Positions 1 to 9,649 are shown, counted from the stretch's first letter. The stretch is DNA of 64,000 nt from an uncultured Bacteroidales bacterium (GCA_963838215.1 CAWIQG010000004.1:166826-230825), one strand, 5' to 3'. Notes: generated by a model not told the origin, from the letters alone. A program made the numbers and translations.

Positions 1-1208
1 ATAACTTTTCTCCTATTCGCTTTAGGACCATTTAATAAAAGTTCGAATTTGCTGTTCCAGAGCTGACTGTTGCATGCCAATGGCTTGTCATATAAACCCA
101 TTGCATCAGCTTCTGTGCTAAACAATGCCTTTATCAGCTTTATCTTATGTGCAACCTCATTAAGTTCATCCTGATACCTGTGCACCCTCTGCCAGCGATG
201 GGTCCGATGATAAGAATCATGGATAAGATTTTCATTAATAATAAAAGTATTACTATCAGGATGCGGCTCATGCAGCCATCCCGACTGTGTCACACGTAAA
301 CCACCAATTCCCCTGTTACGAGCAACAAGGTTCAGCAATGGAATCTGGGCAGCGGATGGCAGCTCCTTTTTAAGCCTGATATAGCCCGGCATGCCCCAGA
401 ATACCAGACTTCCCGGGAAAGGGAGTAAAGACAGTGCTCCATCAAGATAGAGTCTCTTAACTTCATCAGGTAATTGACTGAAAGGTCTGAATGTCAATAA
501 GTACCTGATATCCCTGAATGATGAATTATCTTTAACCAGAAATTTTCTCGTCCAGCCAGGTAATACTGAGCCTTCTGAAGACAATATTCTGAATCCTACA
601 CTAAAAAGGGATGAATCATCAGATAATTTTTCTCCATAAGCGTCGGATAATAAATCTGTAAAGAAAGAGACGGTATCGCTGAAGGGGATTTCCTTCCCGG
701 GAGCAATGAAGAAATTTTTCCAGAAAGTCTGTTCAGGATCGTGGATGCTGTTTCCGAAGAACGTCCATATAACCCTGCCTTTATCATCCTGTGTACGGGA
801 AAGCATAAGTGGCAATAATGTAATATACCTTTCATGAAACAGAGATCCTGCCCGATCAGCCAGTTCAGGAGGCCAGTACGGATTATTCCTCAGGTTTTCG
901 CCACCGTGACCACTGATAAAGTGCTGTGGAAGTCCCTTCCCAAGTTTCAGAAGGTTACTCATTATCTGTTGTCCGATATGCTCAATACCCGGTTTAAGTT
1001 CATATTCTTCTTCAAGTTCAGTGATCTTCCAGCCATAAGGATCATCTTCACTTAATATTGAATGATCTGGTTCGCCATAAGGTTTATAACCGAGCTTAGG
1101 AGGTGGCATAAACTCAGAATAGGCAGTTATTGGATAACATCCATTACATCTGAACCAGGGATATCCTGAGAGCATCTTTTGCCAGCCTACCGAAGTATTT
1201 TCTTCCAT
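1..1208 (-). CDS. conserved hypothetical protein, C-terminus cut by window edge (about 402 aa visible)
   Basis: Not in the ORF track because it has no stop inside the window. The minus-strand frame opens at ATG 1208-1206. I checked the first 41 triplets at the window edge explicitly and a by-eye translation of the rest showed no stop. Translation starts MEENTSVGWQKMLSGYPWFRCNGCYPITAYSEF and continues through SGHGGENLRNNPYWPPELADRAGSLFHERYITLLPLMLSRTQDDKGRVIWTFFGN. No family recognised. Confidence 0.6.
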   Translation of the reverse strand, partial: MEENTSVGWQKMLSGYPWFRCNGCYPITAYSEFMPPPKLGYKPYGEPDHSILSEDDPYGWKITELEEEYELKPGIEHIGQQIMSNLLKLGKGLPQHFISGHGGENLRNNPYWPPELADRAGSLFHERYITLLPLMLSRTQDDKGRVIWTFFGNSIHDPEQTFWKNFFIAPGKEIPFSDTVSFFTDLLSDAYGEKLSDDSSLFSVGFRILSSEGSVLPGWTRKFLVKDNSSFRDIRYLLTFRPFSQLPDEVKRLYLDGALSLLPFPGSLVFWGMPGYIRLKKELPSAAQIPLLNLVARNRGIGGLRVTQSGWLHEPHPDSNTFIINENLIHDSYHRTHRWQRVHRYQDELNEVAHKIKLIKALFSTEADAMGLYDKPLACNSQLWNSKFELLLNGPKANRRKV

Positions 1209-1344
1209 ATTATTGATAATTATGCAAATGTTTAAACATGAAGGTAACAAAACTTGTTCAAATATAAAAGTGTTATTACTTCACTTTCTTTCAGTATTTT
1301 ATTAACTGGTACTATTCTTTTTCACTACATATATTTGTTCCATT

Positions 1345-1373
1345 CAAATAAAAAGGGCTCGTCATGGAGCCCC
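1345..1373 (-). terminator. Rho-independent terminator downstream of the 185-aa gene
   Basis: On the minus strand, GGGCTC-CATGAC-GAGCCC hairpin (1355-1373) followed by TTTTTATTTG. Confidence 0.55.
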
Positions 1374-1401
1374 TCAATATTTCATTCTGTAATTTTATTG
1401 G

Positions 1402-1959
1402 TTATTTCTTATCATAAACCAGTGTAGCTTTTATTTCACCGTTTGGACCCTGTCGTGTGGTCAGGATAGTAATTGTTTTCGCGTCAGTAAGTGTCCACAC
1501 TTCCGTTGAATTCATTGTTCTCGACTCTCCATTCATGTCGATTGTCCTTGATGTTTCAATGGTCAGAGTTTTTCCGTTAGCGGACCATTTAGCAGTAGAT
1601 TTGCTGTCGCCCCGGGGTGAAGTGTTAATACTCTCTTTCCCATCGAGAGTGTATTTTGACGTAGTGGTCACAGGCTGACCATCCCTGCCGGGTCTTGTTC
1701 TTTCAATAGTAAGGAGATTAGCATCCTGTGTGACAATAAAATTGCCGCCACCCATTCTTTGTCCGCCACCCTGACCACCCATGGGAGCTTCAGGCTGAGT
1801 ACTTTTCTCTGCATTTAAAGTCCAGCTACCAGCAAAATTAACCTGACCTTTTTGCGCACTTGTTGTCACTGATGTAATAAGAGCCAATAGGAGACTTAAA
1901 GATATTAACCTCATAAAGAGAGAGTTATTATTTCTTAAATTTTTCACATCTTTTTTCAT
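1402..1959 (-). CDS. secreted hypothetical protein (signal peptide, Gly-rich linker, beta-rich body)
   Basis: ORF track 185 aa. N-terminal hydrophobic segment LISLSLLLALITSVTTSAQ, then GGQGGGQRMGGG. No family recognised. Confidence 0.7.
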   Translation of the reverse strand: MKKDVKNLRNNNSLFMRLISLSLLLALITSVTTSAQKGQVNFAGSWTLNAEKSTQPEAPMGGQGGGQRMGGGNFIVTQDANLLTIERTRPGRDGQPVTTTSKYTLDGKESINTSPRGDSKSTAKWSANGKTLTIETSRTIDMNGESRTMNSTEVWTLTDAKTITILTTRQGPNGEIKATLVYDKK

Positions 1960-2008
1960 TTTCCTGAAAATTTTGGTGAGTTGTTTGATAATGTATTAGA
2001 CAACCAAT

Positions 2009-2016
2009 CAAAGGTA
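2009..2016 (-). promoter_or_regulatory. candidate Bacteroidota -7 box (TACCTTTG on minus strand)
   Basis: Matches TAnnTTTG about 50 nt upstream of ATG 1959. Confidence 0.35.
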
Positions 2017-2196
2017 AACATTCCTTAGAATAAATAAAAAATTATCAGAATGATGCATTTATTACGGTCTTCAGATAATTCAGTTGTCAGCCTGAATTAA
2101 TTATTTGATGTAAGATCCTCATTTATTTTCACTTATAATCAAACAAGAGAAGGGCATGAAAATTAAAATAAATTTTGACTCAAGTATTAAAAACTG

Positions 2197-2204
2197 TAAC
2201 TTTG
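2197..2204 (+). promoter_or_regulatory. candidate Bacteroidota -7 box (TAACTTTG)
   Basis: Matches TAnnTTTG 37 nt upstream of ATG 2241. Confidence 0.4.
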
Positions 2205-2240
2205 ATTGAGGTCTTTTTCAACTGATTAAATACTACTCCT

Positions 2241-3215
2241 ATGAAAAACTTATTTCTATTATTAGCTCTCCAGACGGTTTTGATCTGTTCCCTGCAGGCT
2301 CAGCCCGTGTCAAACTATAGTTATAAACTCGATGACGGAATTACAATAAAAACTGAACACTGCTGGAACCAGGTGTGGGTACAACAAAGTTATACAGCTA
2401 TGAATGCCGGTGACAAGGCATCGCCTTTAGCAGTAAACATCAGAACCCTTGGTGATCTCATTTCCAGTTCCACTTTTAAGCTTATTGGTGCCGGCAAAGA
2501 GGTCAAGTTGCAGGGAGCAACACCAGGTACCTATGACTTGAAACTGACTTTTAAGCTTTCAGGGAAACCAGGAACTTTAAGCTTTGTTGTAGGCAACTTA
2601 GTAATTAAGCCAAAAACAAAGACATCTGTTTCGGTGATATTGTACGATTACCAGATATTGATTGAGGAAGCTCCGGCATCTTTAAAGGGACTCACGTACT
2701 ACGATTTCAAAATTAACAGGTATAAAGGCAACACTGAACAAAACATGAATAAGGCTGTACCTTTATTTTATGCAAAAGGCAATCATGATAAGCCGATTAC
2801 ACCCGATGAAAAAACAGGTGACACATTTGGGAAAATAAAACCGGGTACTTATGATGTACTTATTTCGATCAGTATATCCGGACAGACTCAAAAGGTCTGG
2901 TTGGAGAACTTCCTTCTAAAGCCTGATTTTAATTATAAGATTGCAACAAATCTTAACGGAGGCGTTATCACCTATACGGGGGGAAACAAAGATGTAAAAG
3001 CTATGCATCTATATCCTGGTGGTACAGCTAGTAAACAGACGGGCAATCCAGCACCAGTTAAAAACCTTGAAATAATTAACTACGAAAGTATAGTATTAAC
3101 AAACGCATGCCCTCCAGGCACATATGATGTTCTTCTCGACTACGGAACCGGAACCAAATATGAATGGAAAAAAAATATAGTCGTTTCTACAGGAGCAAAA
3201 GCTGAGGTAAAGTAG
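2241..3215 (+). CDS. secreted hypothetical protein with three PGTYD-containing beta-sandwich-like repeats
   Basis: ORF track 324 aa. Signal peptide LFLLLALQTVLICSLQAQ. Motif PGTYD(L/V) occurs three times (ATPGTYDLKL, IKPGTYDVLI, CPPGTYDVLL). Confidence 0.7.
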   Translation: MKNLFLLLALQTVLICSLQAQPVSNYSYKLDDGITIKTEHCWNQVWVQQSYTAMNAGDKASPLAVNIRTLGDLISSSTFKLIGAGKEVKLQGATPGTYDLKLTFKLSGKPGTLSFVVGNLVIKPKTKTSVSVILYDYQILIEEAPASLKGLTYYDFKINRYKGNTEQNMNKAVPLFYAKGNHDKPITPDEKTGDTFGKIKPGTYDVLISISISGQTQKVWLENFLLKPDFNYKIATNLNGGVITYTGGNKDVKAMHLYPGGTASKQTGNPAPVKNLEIINYESIVLTNACPPGTYDVLLDYGTGTKYEWKKNIVVSTGAKAEVK

Positions 3216-3273
3216 GCACAGGGTTCAGTTTATTTATTTCTCAGCGCCTCTGCCGGGTTGAACCTTGCAGCCT

Positions 3274-3310
3274 AAAAAAAAAGGGACCGTTCTCAAATGA
3301 TACGGTCTCT
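3274..3310 (-). terminator. Rho-independent terminator downstream of the 122-aa gene
   Basis: On the minus strand, GAGACCGT-loop-ACGGTCCC hairpin followed by a run of 9 T (3274-3282). Confidence 0.6.
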
Positions 3311-3336
3311 TTAATTATCAGTTAACCTGCCGGTTG

Positions 3337-3705
3337 TTATTTTTTTGGAGCCGGTGGTGCCGGTGGTGTAGCAGGTTTAGCTTCTACTTTTTTCAGGAAC
3401 TTTCCAGCTTTGTCATAAACAAGAGTTTCCATTGCTGTTCCTTTAACGATGCATACTTCATAAGTAACAACTTTATTGGTAGTAACACTTGAAGCTTCTT
3501 TAATAGTGAAGCCGGCAAAATCTTTTGCAATATTGTCTGTTATTGCTTTCTGAAGATCTGCTACTTTAATGACAGCTTTTGTTGGTTGTGCAGCTGGTGC
3601 AGCTTTTGCTGGCTGAGCAGCAGGTGCTGGTGTAGTTTTTGGAGCCTGTGCATTTACGACCAGAACTGCCATAACTAATACAAGAACAAATAATAACTTT
3701 TTCAT
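3337..3705 (-). CDS. small secreted protein with Pro/Ala-rich repeats (possibly PepSY-like)
   Basis: ORF track 122 aa. Signal peptide, repeated PAAQPAKAAPAAQPTKA, C-terminal PPAPPAPKK. The PepSY-like call is a weak impression only. Confidence 0.65.
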   Translation of the reverse strand: MKKLLFVLVLVMAVLVVNAQAPKTTPAPAAQPAKAAPAAQPTKAVIKVADLQKAITDNIAKDFAGFTIKEASSVTTNKVVTYEVCIVKGTAMETLVYDKAGKFLKKVEAKPATPPAPPAPKK

Positions 3706-3733
3706 ATTTAATAAATTAGTTGGTTTAACATAT

Positions 3734-3741
3734 CAAAAATA
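3734..3741 (-). promoter_or_regulatory. candidate -7 box (TATTTTTG on minus strand)
   Basis: Matches TAnnTTTG about 30 nt upstream of ATG 3705. Confidence 0.35.
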
Positions 3742-3747
3742 TTCATA

Positions 3748-3768
3748 GATTCTGAAGACGATCTGAAG
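3748..3768. repeat. direct repeat GAT(T)CTGAAG x2, period 11
   Basis: tctgaag at 3751-3757 and 3762-3768, in the spacer after the kinase stop. Confidence 0.8.
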
Positions 3769-3819
3769 TTTAAAAATTTTTGACATAATTATAACAAATC
3801 ACCTTATTACTATTGCTTT

Positions 3820-5097
3820 TCAGTCCAGAGTAAGCCTGTATTGAAGTTTTATTTCGTGAACAGTTCCGTTGCAGGTATATGTCACCCTCATGCCATAACT
3901 TTCAGCGATTTTTTTAACAATAGATAAGCCCAGACCTACTGATTGAGGGTTATCACTACCCTTATAAAACCTGCTAAATAACATTTCAGGATCTATAGTC
4001 AAAGGGAAGCCACTATTTGTAAAGATCAGATATCTGTCATCAATATGACATTTAATAAAACCTCCATCGACATTAAATCTGACTGCATTGCTCAGAAGGT
4101 TCGAAATCAGTACATCAGCGAGCACATCATTCATCTCAATCAGTGCTTCATCAGAAGCTTCCATTTCAACCCTTATCTTCTTAAGTTGCATGATCTCCTT
4201 ATAATTATCGAGACTGTCCTCGATAATCTGCTTAAGAGATATTTTTTTCTTTTCTTGAAAAGTCTGATTCTCAATCTTTGTGATTAACAGCAACCCCTGA
4301 TTAAGTTTTAATAGCCTTGCTGTTGCTTCATTGATAGATTTGATCAGATTAATGCTATCCTTATTAAGATTTTTCTGTTGCATCAGCAAGTCAGTCTTCG
4401 AACGAATCACCGCAAGTGGAGTCTGAATTTCATGAGAAGCATTTTCGCTAAACTCTTTCAGGTTAAGATAATCATTTCTCATTCTGTGTGCCATCTGATC
4501 AAAAACCTTATTTAGTTGCCTGAATTCATTTATATCTGTTTCAGGTAATTCCAAAGGTTTATCAGATAATATATCGTACCTGCCGGCTTTATCCACCGAA
4601 ATATAAAAGGGTTTCCAAAGTCTTTTTGCTATCAGATAGTTGAAAAGAATAGAAATCAGGAGAAGCGAGAATAACAAGAAAAACCAGTAAATACTTATAT
4701 CTTTAAGCAATTCCTGCTCTTCACTTAAAGTCTGAATAATAGTAATTATATAACCTTTCCTGGCAATAGTATTGCCTGATGAAAACAGATATCTGAAAGT
4801 CGTATGCGAGTCAGACCTGGTATCATAGATATCAGTGTCCTTTATAGACTGGAACTTTCGCACCGGGTAATTCAACAATTTAACTTCGATCTGATTGCCA
4901 TCTGTAGCTTCGAAATCAGGTATAGTGTCAGTTTGTTCAATCTGATTCTGAATTATTGTTTTTTCAGTGATAAGACTGTTATCAATCTGTTTGTATATAA
5001 CCCGTTCAATTGTGAAATATAAAAATGCTCCACCCGCAATCATTGCGAGGATTGATAAAAACAAGAAATAATAGGTGCTTTTAATTAATAACTTCAA
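3820..5097 (-). CDS. sensor histidine kinase (two TM segments, HisKA, HATPase_c)
   Basis: H-box SHEIQTPLAVI and G2 box GLGLSIVKKI. 4-nt ATGA overlap with the upstream response regulator. Confidence 0.9.
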   Translation of the reverse strand: MKLLIKSTYYFLFLSILAMIAGGAFLYFTIERVIYKQIDNSLITEKTIIQNQIEQTDTIPDFEATDGNQIEVKLLNYPVRKFQSIKDTDIYDTRSDSHTTFRYLFSSGNTIARKGYIITIIQTLSEEQELLKDISIYWFFLLFSLLLISILFNYLIAKRLWKPFYISVDKAGRYDILSDKPLELPETDINEFRQLNKVFDQMAHRMRNDYLNLKEFSENASHEIQTPLAVIRSKTDLLMQQKNLNKDSINLIKSINEATARLLKLNQGLLLITKIENQTFQEKKKISLKQIIEDSLDNYKEIMQLKKIRVEMEASDEALIEMNDVLADVLISNLLSNAVRFNVDGGFIKCHIDDRYLIFTNSGFPLTIDPEMLFSRFYKGSDNPQSVGLGLSIVKKIAESYGMRVTYTCNGTVHEIKLQYRLTLD

Positions 5098-5771
5098 CTT
5101 TCAATGAATTTATATCCAAAACCATAAATGCATTTAATATAATTTCGTCCTTCAGCAGCAACTATCTTTTTTCGTAGGTTTTTAACATGTGTATAGACAA
5201 AATCGAACGAATCGGTAAGTATTACATCATCACCCCAAAGATGTTCAACTATTGATTCTTTGGTAATTATCCTGTTCTTATTTGCCATGAAGAACAATAG
5301 CAGGTCGTACTCTTTTTTTGTGAGATTCAACAACGTATCGTTCACATAAGCCTGATTATCATTAGTATTAATCCTGATCTCATTAAAGATTATTTCATTC
5401 ATGCCCAGAAAATTATTTCTCCGGCATATTGAATTAATACGGGCACTGAGTTCTGCAAAATGAAATGGTTTTGTCAGATAATCGTCAGCCCCTATTTTTA
5501 ATCCGGTAAGTTTATCATCAAGAGAGCTTTTTGCAGAGAGTATAAGAATGCTTCCATTTAATTTATTCAGCTTCATTTCCCGAATAATATCAAGTCCGCT
5601 CCCATCAGGAAGGCCTATATCAAGTATAATGCAATCGTAGGTGTTATCTGCTGCTTTATTAAGAGCCTGGTGATAAGTTTGTGCAACTTCGCAAATATGA
5701 CCCTCCATCTTAAGATAATCATAAATGGACCGGCTGAGCGACTTGTCGTCTTCAACAATTAAAAGTTTCAT
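5094..5771 (-). CDS. OmpR-family response regulator (REC plus winged helix)
   Basis: LLIVEDD, ILDIGLPDGSG, and C-terminal LTKKEYDLLLFF...GFGYKF winged-helix signature. Confidence 0.9.
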   Translation of the reverse strand: MKLLIVEDDKSLSRSIYDYLKMEGHICEVAQTYHQALNKAADNTYDCIILDIGLPDGSGLDIIREMKLNKLNGSILILSAKSSLDDKLTGLKIGADDYLTKPFHFAELSARINSICRRNNFLGMNEIIFNEIRINTNDNQAYVNDTLLNLTKKEYDLLLFFMANKNRIITKESIVEHLWGDDVILTDSFDFVYTHVKNLRKKIVAAEGRNYIKCIYGFGYKFIES

Positions 5772-5788
5772 TACAATTAAATAAAGTG

Positions 5789-5796
5789 CAAATTTA
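5789..5796 (-). promoter_or_regulatory. candidate -7 box (TAAATTTG on minus strand)
   Basis: Matches TAnnTTTG about 20 nt upstream of ATG 5771. Confidence 0.35.
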
Positions 5797-5894
5797 CGAC
5801 AATCTTATAATTTTAATGAGCATATTAGAAAAATTGCAGAAGGTGTAAAAACACCCTGACTGAATTTCCTTATTGCCTAAAGTCTCTACTGATT

Positions 5895-7007
5895 TTACAG
5901 GTCTTTCTGATATATCCTGTACTTCCGCAATGGCTTTGCATTAAGTTTATGGATAGCATTATTCATGGGGGCGTTGTCTTCGAGAACATAGTTGATCTCC
6001 AGCCATATATCTGGTGAATAAAGGGACTCATACAAAGCACGGTATAAAAGACTGTCAATTCCTTTCCCATGATATTCAGGTAATATTCCAAGTGCAAACA
6101 AACGATAATTATGCAATTTTGTCAACCCTAAAAGAATTTTCAGCCAACCGATAGGGAGCAACCTTCCATTCAGCCCCTTCAGCAGTTTGTTAGCATCAGG
6201 AATGGTAATTAAGAAACCTATAGCTCTGCCTTCTGAATCTTCAGCAAAAATAACACCTTTTGGCTGAATTACAGGTTTCAGGTCGCGGGCAACAGCCTCT
6301 GCCTCTGCTTTTGTTACTGAAGTATAACCCCAATTGTTAATCAGGCTTTTATTCGAAAGATCAATCACTTTCTGAACATCCTTATCATAATTCTTCATAT
6401 CAACATGGCGAACTTTAATTCCGAAGCGTTTTGAGACATCATCTGTAAGGGTCATTATCCTTTCAGGAATTGAATAACCCTCTTTTGCCGATATGTAATA
6501 AATGAGCAGATCCTTTATCTTATGCAGGTCAAATGATATCATATGATCCTCATAATATGATGGATTATATGGCGCCATTACAACCGGGGAAGGTGTGAAT
6601 CCTTCAATCACCAATCCCCATTCCTGCGATACAAAACTCCAGGGACCTCGCATTAATGTCATTCCCTTTTTCCTGAGCCAGTCAGCGGCAGCATCAAGAA
6701 GCATGACGGAAGCTTTTTTATCATCAATGCATTCATAATAGCCAAATAGCCCGACAGGTTCTTTCCATGTATCAAGAGCGAGTTTGTCAATGAAAGCAGC
6801 AATGCGTCCGATAACTTCATCATTTTCAACCAGAAGGAACAGGGAGTACTCACAATGATCAAGAGTAGGATTGCGTTTTGCATCAAACTGGCTGAATTGC
6901 TCATCCAGTAACGGAGGTATCCAAACCGGATCATTTTTATATAATTTATACGGAAGATGAATGAATCTTTTCAGATCTGACTTTGCGTTAACAAGATGTA
7001 TTTCCAT
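5895..7007 (-). CDS. GNAT-fold acyltransferase-like protein (paralog of 31124-32245)
   Basis: 370 aa. The C-terminal half resembles an acetyltransferase fold (ILPEYHGKGIDSLLY). Shares end-to-end architecture and the C-terminal K(Y/F)RIYQK(D/K)L with the second copy. Confidence 0.6.
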   Translation of the reverse strand: MEIHLVNAKSDLKRFIHLPYKLYKNDPVWIPPLLDEQFSQFDAKRNPTLDHCEYSLFLLVENDEVIGRIAAFIDKLALDTWKEPVGLFGYYECIDDKKASVMLLDAAADWLRKKGMTLMRGPWSFVSQEWGLVIEGFTPSPVVMAPYNPSYYEDHMISFDLHKIKDLLIYYISAKEGYSIPERIMTLTDDVSKRFGIKVRHVDMKNYDKDVQKVIDLSNKSLINNWGYTSVTKAEAEAVARDLKPVIQPKGVIFAEDSEGRAIGFLITIPDANKLLKGLNGRLLPIGWLKILLGLTKLHNYRLFALGILPEYHGKGIDSLLYRALYESLYSPDIWLEINYVLEDNAPMNNAIHKLNAKPLRKYRIYQKDL

Positions 7008-7016
7008 AAATTTATT

Positions 7017-9170
7017 TTATAACTTTTTTATCGCTTCCAGTACTCTGGCCGGCGTCATTGGCATTCTGTACAATCTGGCACCTGTTGCATCGAATATTGC
7101 ATTGGCAACCACAGCACCAATACCAATTATAGCAGGCTCCCCTCCTCCCTGTGGCGGTTTATCTTTTCTTTCTAAAATTACAGTATCAATCTTTGGAAGC
7201 CACGAAAAACGAGGTATCTGATAAGTATCAAAACCCCTGTCCTGAATATTTCCTCCCTCAAAAAAGAGCTCTTCGGTAAAAGTATATCCTAATCCCATCA
7301 TAATACAGCCTTCCATCTGTATTGTGGCACCTTCAGGGTTAACGCATAATCCCATGTCCTGGGCACATGCTATGCGTAAAACCTGAACTTTACCTGTGTT
7401 TTTATCGACCTTAACCTCAGCCATGTGAGCAACCCAGGTTCCAGCGTCAATACCAACAGAGATACCGATACCTCTATCTCCCGGAGTTTTACCAGCAACA
7501 TAACCGAACTTATCTGCGACTGCCTTAAGACATGCTTTCATTTTTTCATCCTTCAGGTTTCTCAATCGGAATTCAAAGGGATCGATCCCTGCTGCTGATG
7601 CCATTATATCTATCTGCACCTCCCTGGCAAAAGTATTCGCATTGTTATTAGGTGCGCGCCATGCACCTGTAGCAAAAGGATGAACAGGCGAACCATTTCT
7701 TTTCTCACTATAACTTGTCGTTTTAGAATTCGGTACATCATAAATTGTATCAGAACCTCTTGTGCCTGAATAGTATATATTATAATCCCATAGTTTTATA
7801 AGGCCATCTTTATCAATGCCCGATTTTATTTTAATTACCCCGGCGGGATGGAAAGTATCATAAAAAAATTCTTCATCGCGAGTCCACACAAGCATAACTG
7901 GTTTTGTTGTCAGTTTTGCAAGCCTGGCAGCTTCAATTCCCTGCTGGAATGCTCCTTTACCTCCGAAACCTCCACCAATAAATGGCGCTATAACTCTTAC
8001 CTTTTCGATTGGAAATCCAAGTTCGTGTGAGATACCGCTCTGAAGACCAAATGGTGATTGGGTCGAAGCCCATACTGTCAGCTTATCGCCTTCGATCCGG
8101 GCAAGAGCAGTATGTGTTTCAATCGATGCATGTGCCAGATAAGGATCGTGAAACTCCGATTCGAATATCTTTGCTGAAAGTTTAGTTCCCTCATCAATAT
8201 CTCCGCTTGACTTTAAGACATTTATACTTGAATCGGCCTTCAGCATCCATTCAAAGATTGTTTTATCATTAACAGGCATTTCATTGAACGAGTATTCTGC
8301 TTTGATTTTAGCTATTGCTTCATCAGCTTCATCCCTGTTTTCATTAATTACAGCTACCAGGTCACCATCGCGTACAACTTTTGTACCTTCAATCTTTTCA
8401 GCTTCCGAATAATCAACGGATGTAAGTTTTGCTCCGTGTGAAGGTGGCCGTAGAATCCTGGCAAAAACCATTCCGGGTATTTTCAGGTCACCTGTATATT
8501 TTGCCTCACCGGTCACTTTAAGGTCAGCATCGCGATGATTATATGATCTGCCAATATACTTGAACCTGGTATAATCTTCAACTGAAGGCTTTATATCGAG
8601 GAATTTTTCAATTTTTTTACCTTTAGTCAATTGAGCATAACTTACTGAGTTCTTTAGGTTTTTATTATCGGTAATTATTCCATCCTTTACATCAAGTTGC
8701 GAAACCGGTACTCCCAGCTGTGCTGATGCTAGTTCAAGAAGCACGCCTCTTGCTTCAGCAGCTGCAGCTCTCATATTTGGACCGAATATTCTTGTACTCA
8801 TTGAGCCCCATGTACCCTGATCAAACGGGCAAAGTTCGGTATCACCCATCACCATTTTTACTTTTTCAATCGGTACATTCAGTTCATCAGCCATCATCTG
8901 AGGCAATGATGTGATAATACCCTGACCCATCTCTATCTTGCCGGTGAAACAAGTTACTGTTCCATCTTCAGCTATCTGAAGGAAAGCATTAAAATCTTTT
9001 GGCAGACTTCTTCCCTGATCAGCCGGTAACCCAAATAAATCGAAAGAGCTCCAGGGCTGGAAGAAAATAAAGATCCCGCCGCCAAGAATTCTAAAAAAGT
9101 CTCTTCTTGGCATACCATGTTTTTCAGTAGTTAGTAATGAATCCTGATTTTTAATTAGTTCCTTTTTCAT
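7017..9170 (-). CDS. molybdopterin-binding subunit of a xanthine dehydrogenase-family hydroxylase (IorB/aldehyde oxidoreductase-like), Tat signal
   Basis: 717 aa. Twin-arginine motif RRDFFRILGGG near the N-terminus. Aldehyde oxidase/xanthine dehydrogenase-like body, adjacent to a 2Fe-2S subunit. Confidence 0.85.
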   Translation of the reverse strand: MKKELIKNQDSLLTTEKHGMPRRDFFRILGGGIFIFFQPWSSFDLFGLPADQGRSLPKDFNAFLQIAEDGTVTCFTGKIEMGQGIITSLPQMMADELNVPIEKVKMVMGDTELCPFDQGTWGSMSTRIFGPNMRAAAAEARGVLLELASAQLGVPVSQLDVKDGIITDNKNLKNSVSYAQLTKGKKIEKFLDIKPSVEDYTRFKYIGRSYNHRDADLKVTGEAKYTGDLKIPGMVFARILRPPSHGAKLTSVDYSEAEKIEGTKVVRDGDLVAVINENRDEADEAIAKIKAEYSFNEMPVNDKTIFEWMLKADSSINVLKSSGDIDEGTKLSAKIFESEFHDPYLAHASIETHTALARIEGDKLTVWASTQSPFGLQSGISHELGFPIEKVRVIAPFIGGGFGGKGAFQQGIEAARLAKLTTKPVMLVWTRDEEFFYDTFHPAGVIKIKSGIDKDGLIKLWDYNIYYSGTRGSDTIYDVPNSKTTSYSEKRNGSPVHPFATGAWRAPNNNANTFAREVQIDIMASAAGIDPFEFRLRNLKDEKMKACLKAVADKFGYVAGKTPGDRGIGISVGIDAGTWVAHMAEVKVDKNTGKVQVLRIACAQDMGLCVNPEGATIQMEGCIMMGLGYTFTEELFFEGGNIQDRGFDTYQIPRFSWLPKIDTVILERKDKPPQGGGEPAIIGIGAVVANAIFDATGARLYRMPMTPARVLEAIKKL

Positions 9171-9172
9171 GA

Positions 9173-9649
9173 TTACTTCCCTCCTTTCATTTCTTCAGCA
9201 GCTATTTGAACTGCTTCAACAATCCGTACATGCGCTCCGCAACGGCAAAAATTGTTTTCCAGGCCATCTTTAATCTCCTGAACTGATGGTGAAGGTTTTT
9301 TCAAAAGCAGGCCTGTTGCACTCATTATCATTCCCGGAGTGCAGTATCCACACTGTAATGCATCGTGTTCCATAAAAGCTTTCTGAACCGGGTGTAATTT
9401 GCCGTTAGTGGCAAGACCTTCAATGGTGACCACTTTCTTCCCTGCTACATCGTTAACTGACAGCTGGCATGATCTTACAGGTTCATCGTCGACAAGGACT
9501 GTGCATGACCCGCAGAATCCCATCCCGCAGCCAAATTTGGTTCCTGTCAATCCAAAATGATTCCGCAACACCCATAAAAGAGTCTGGGTGGGATCAATAA
9601 GGGCTTCTGTTTTTTTCCCATTTAACTGAAAACTAATATTCTCTTTCAT
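9173..9649 (-). CDS. (2Fe-2S)-binding small subunit of the molybdo-hydroxylase
   Basis: GCGMGFCGSCTV and CGYCTPGM motifs with a C-terminal CRCGAH. Confidence 0.9.
   Translation of the reverse strand: MKENISFQLNGKKTEALIDPTQTLLWVLRNHFGLTGTKFGCGMGFCGSCTVLVDDEPVRSCQLSVNDVAGKKVVTIEGLATNGKLHPVQKAFMEHDALQCGYCTPGMIMSATGLLLKKPSPSVQEIKDGLENNFCRCGAHVRIVEAVQIAAEEMKGGK

Noticed and set aside
596-1055. Track ORFs 596-835 (minus) and 834-1055 (plus)
   Set aside because: Both are out-of-frame or antisense overlaps of the longer edge-truncated minus-strand gene (1-1208), which has a coherent 402-aa translation.
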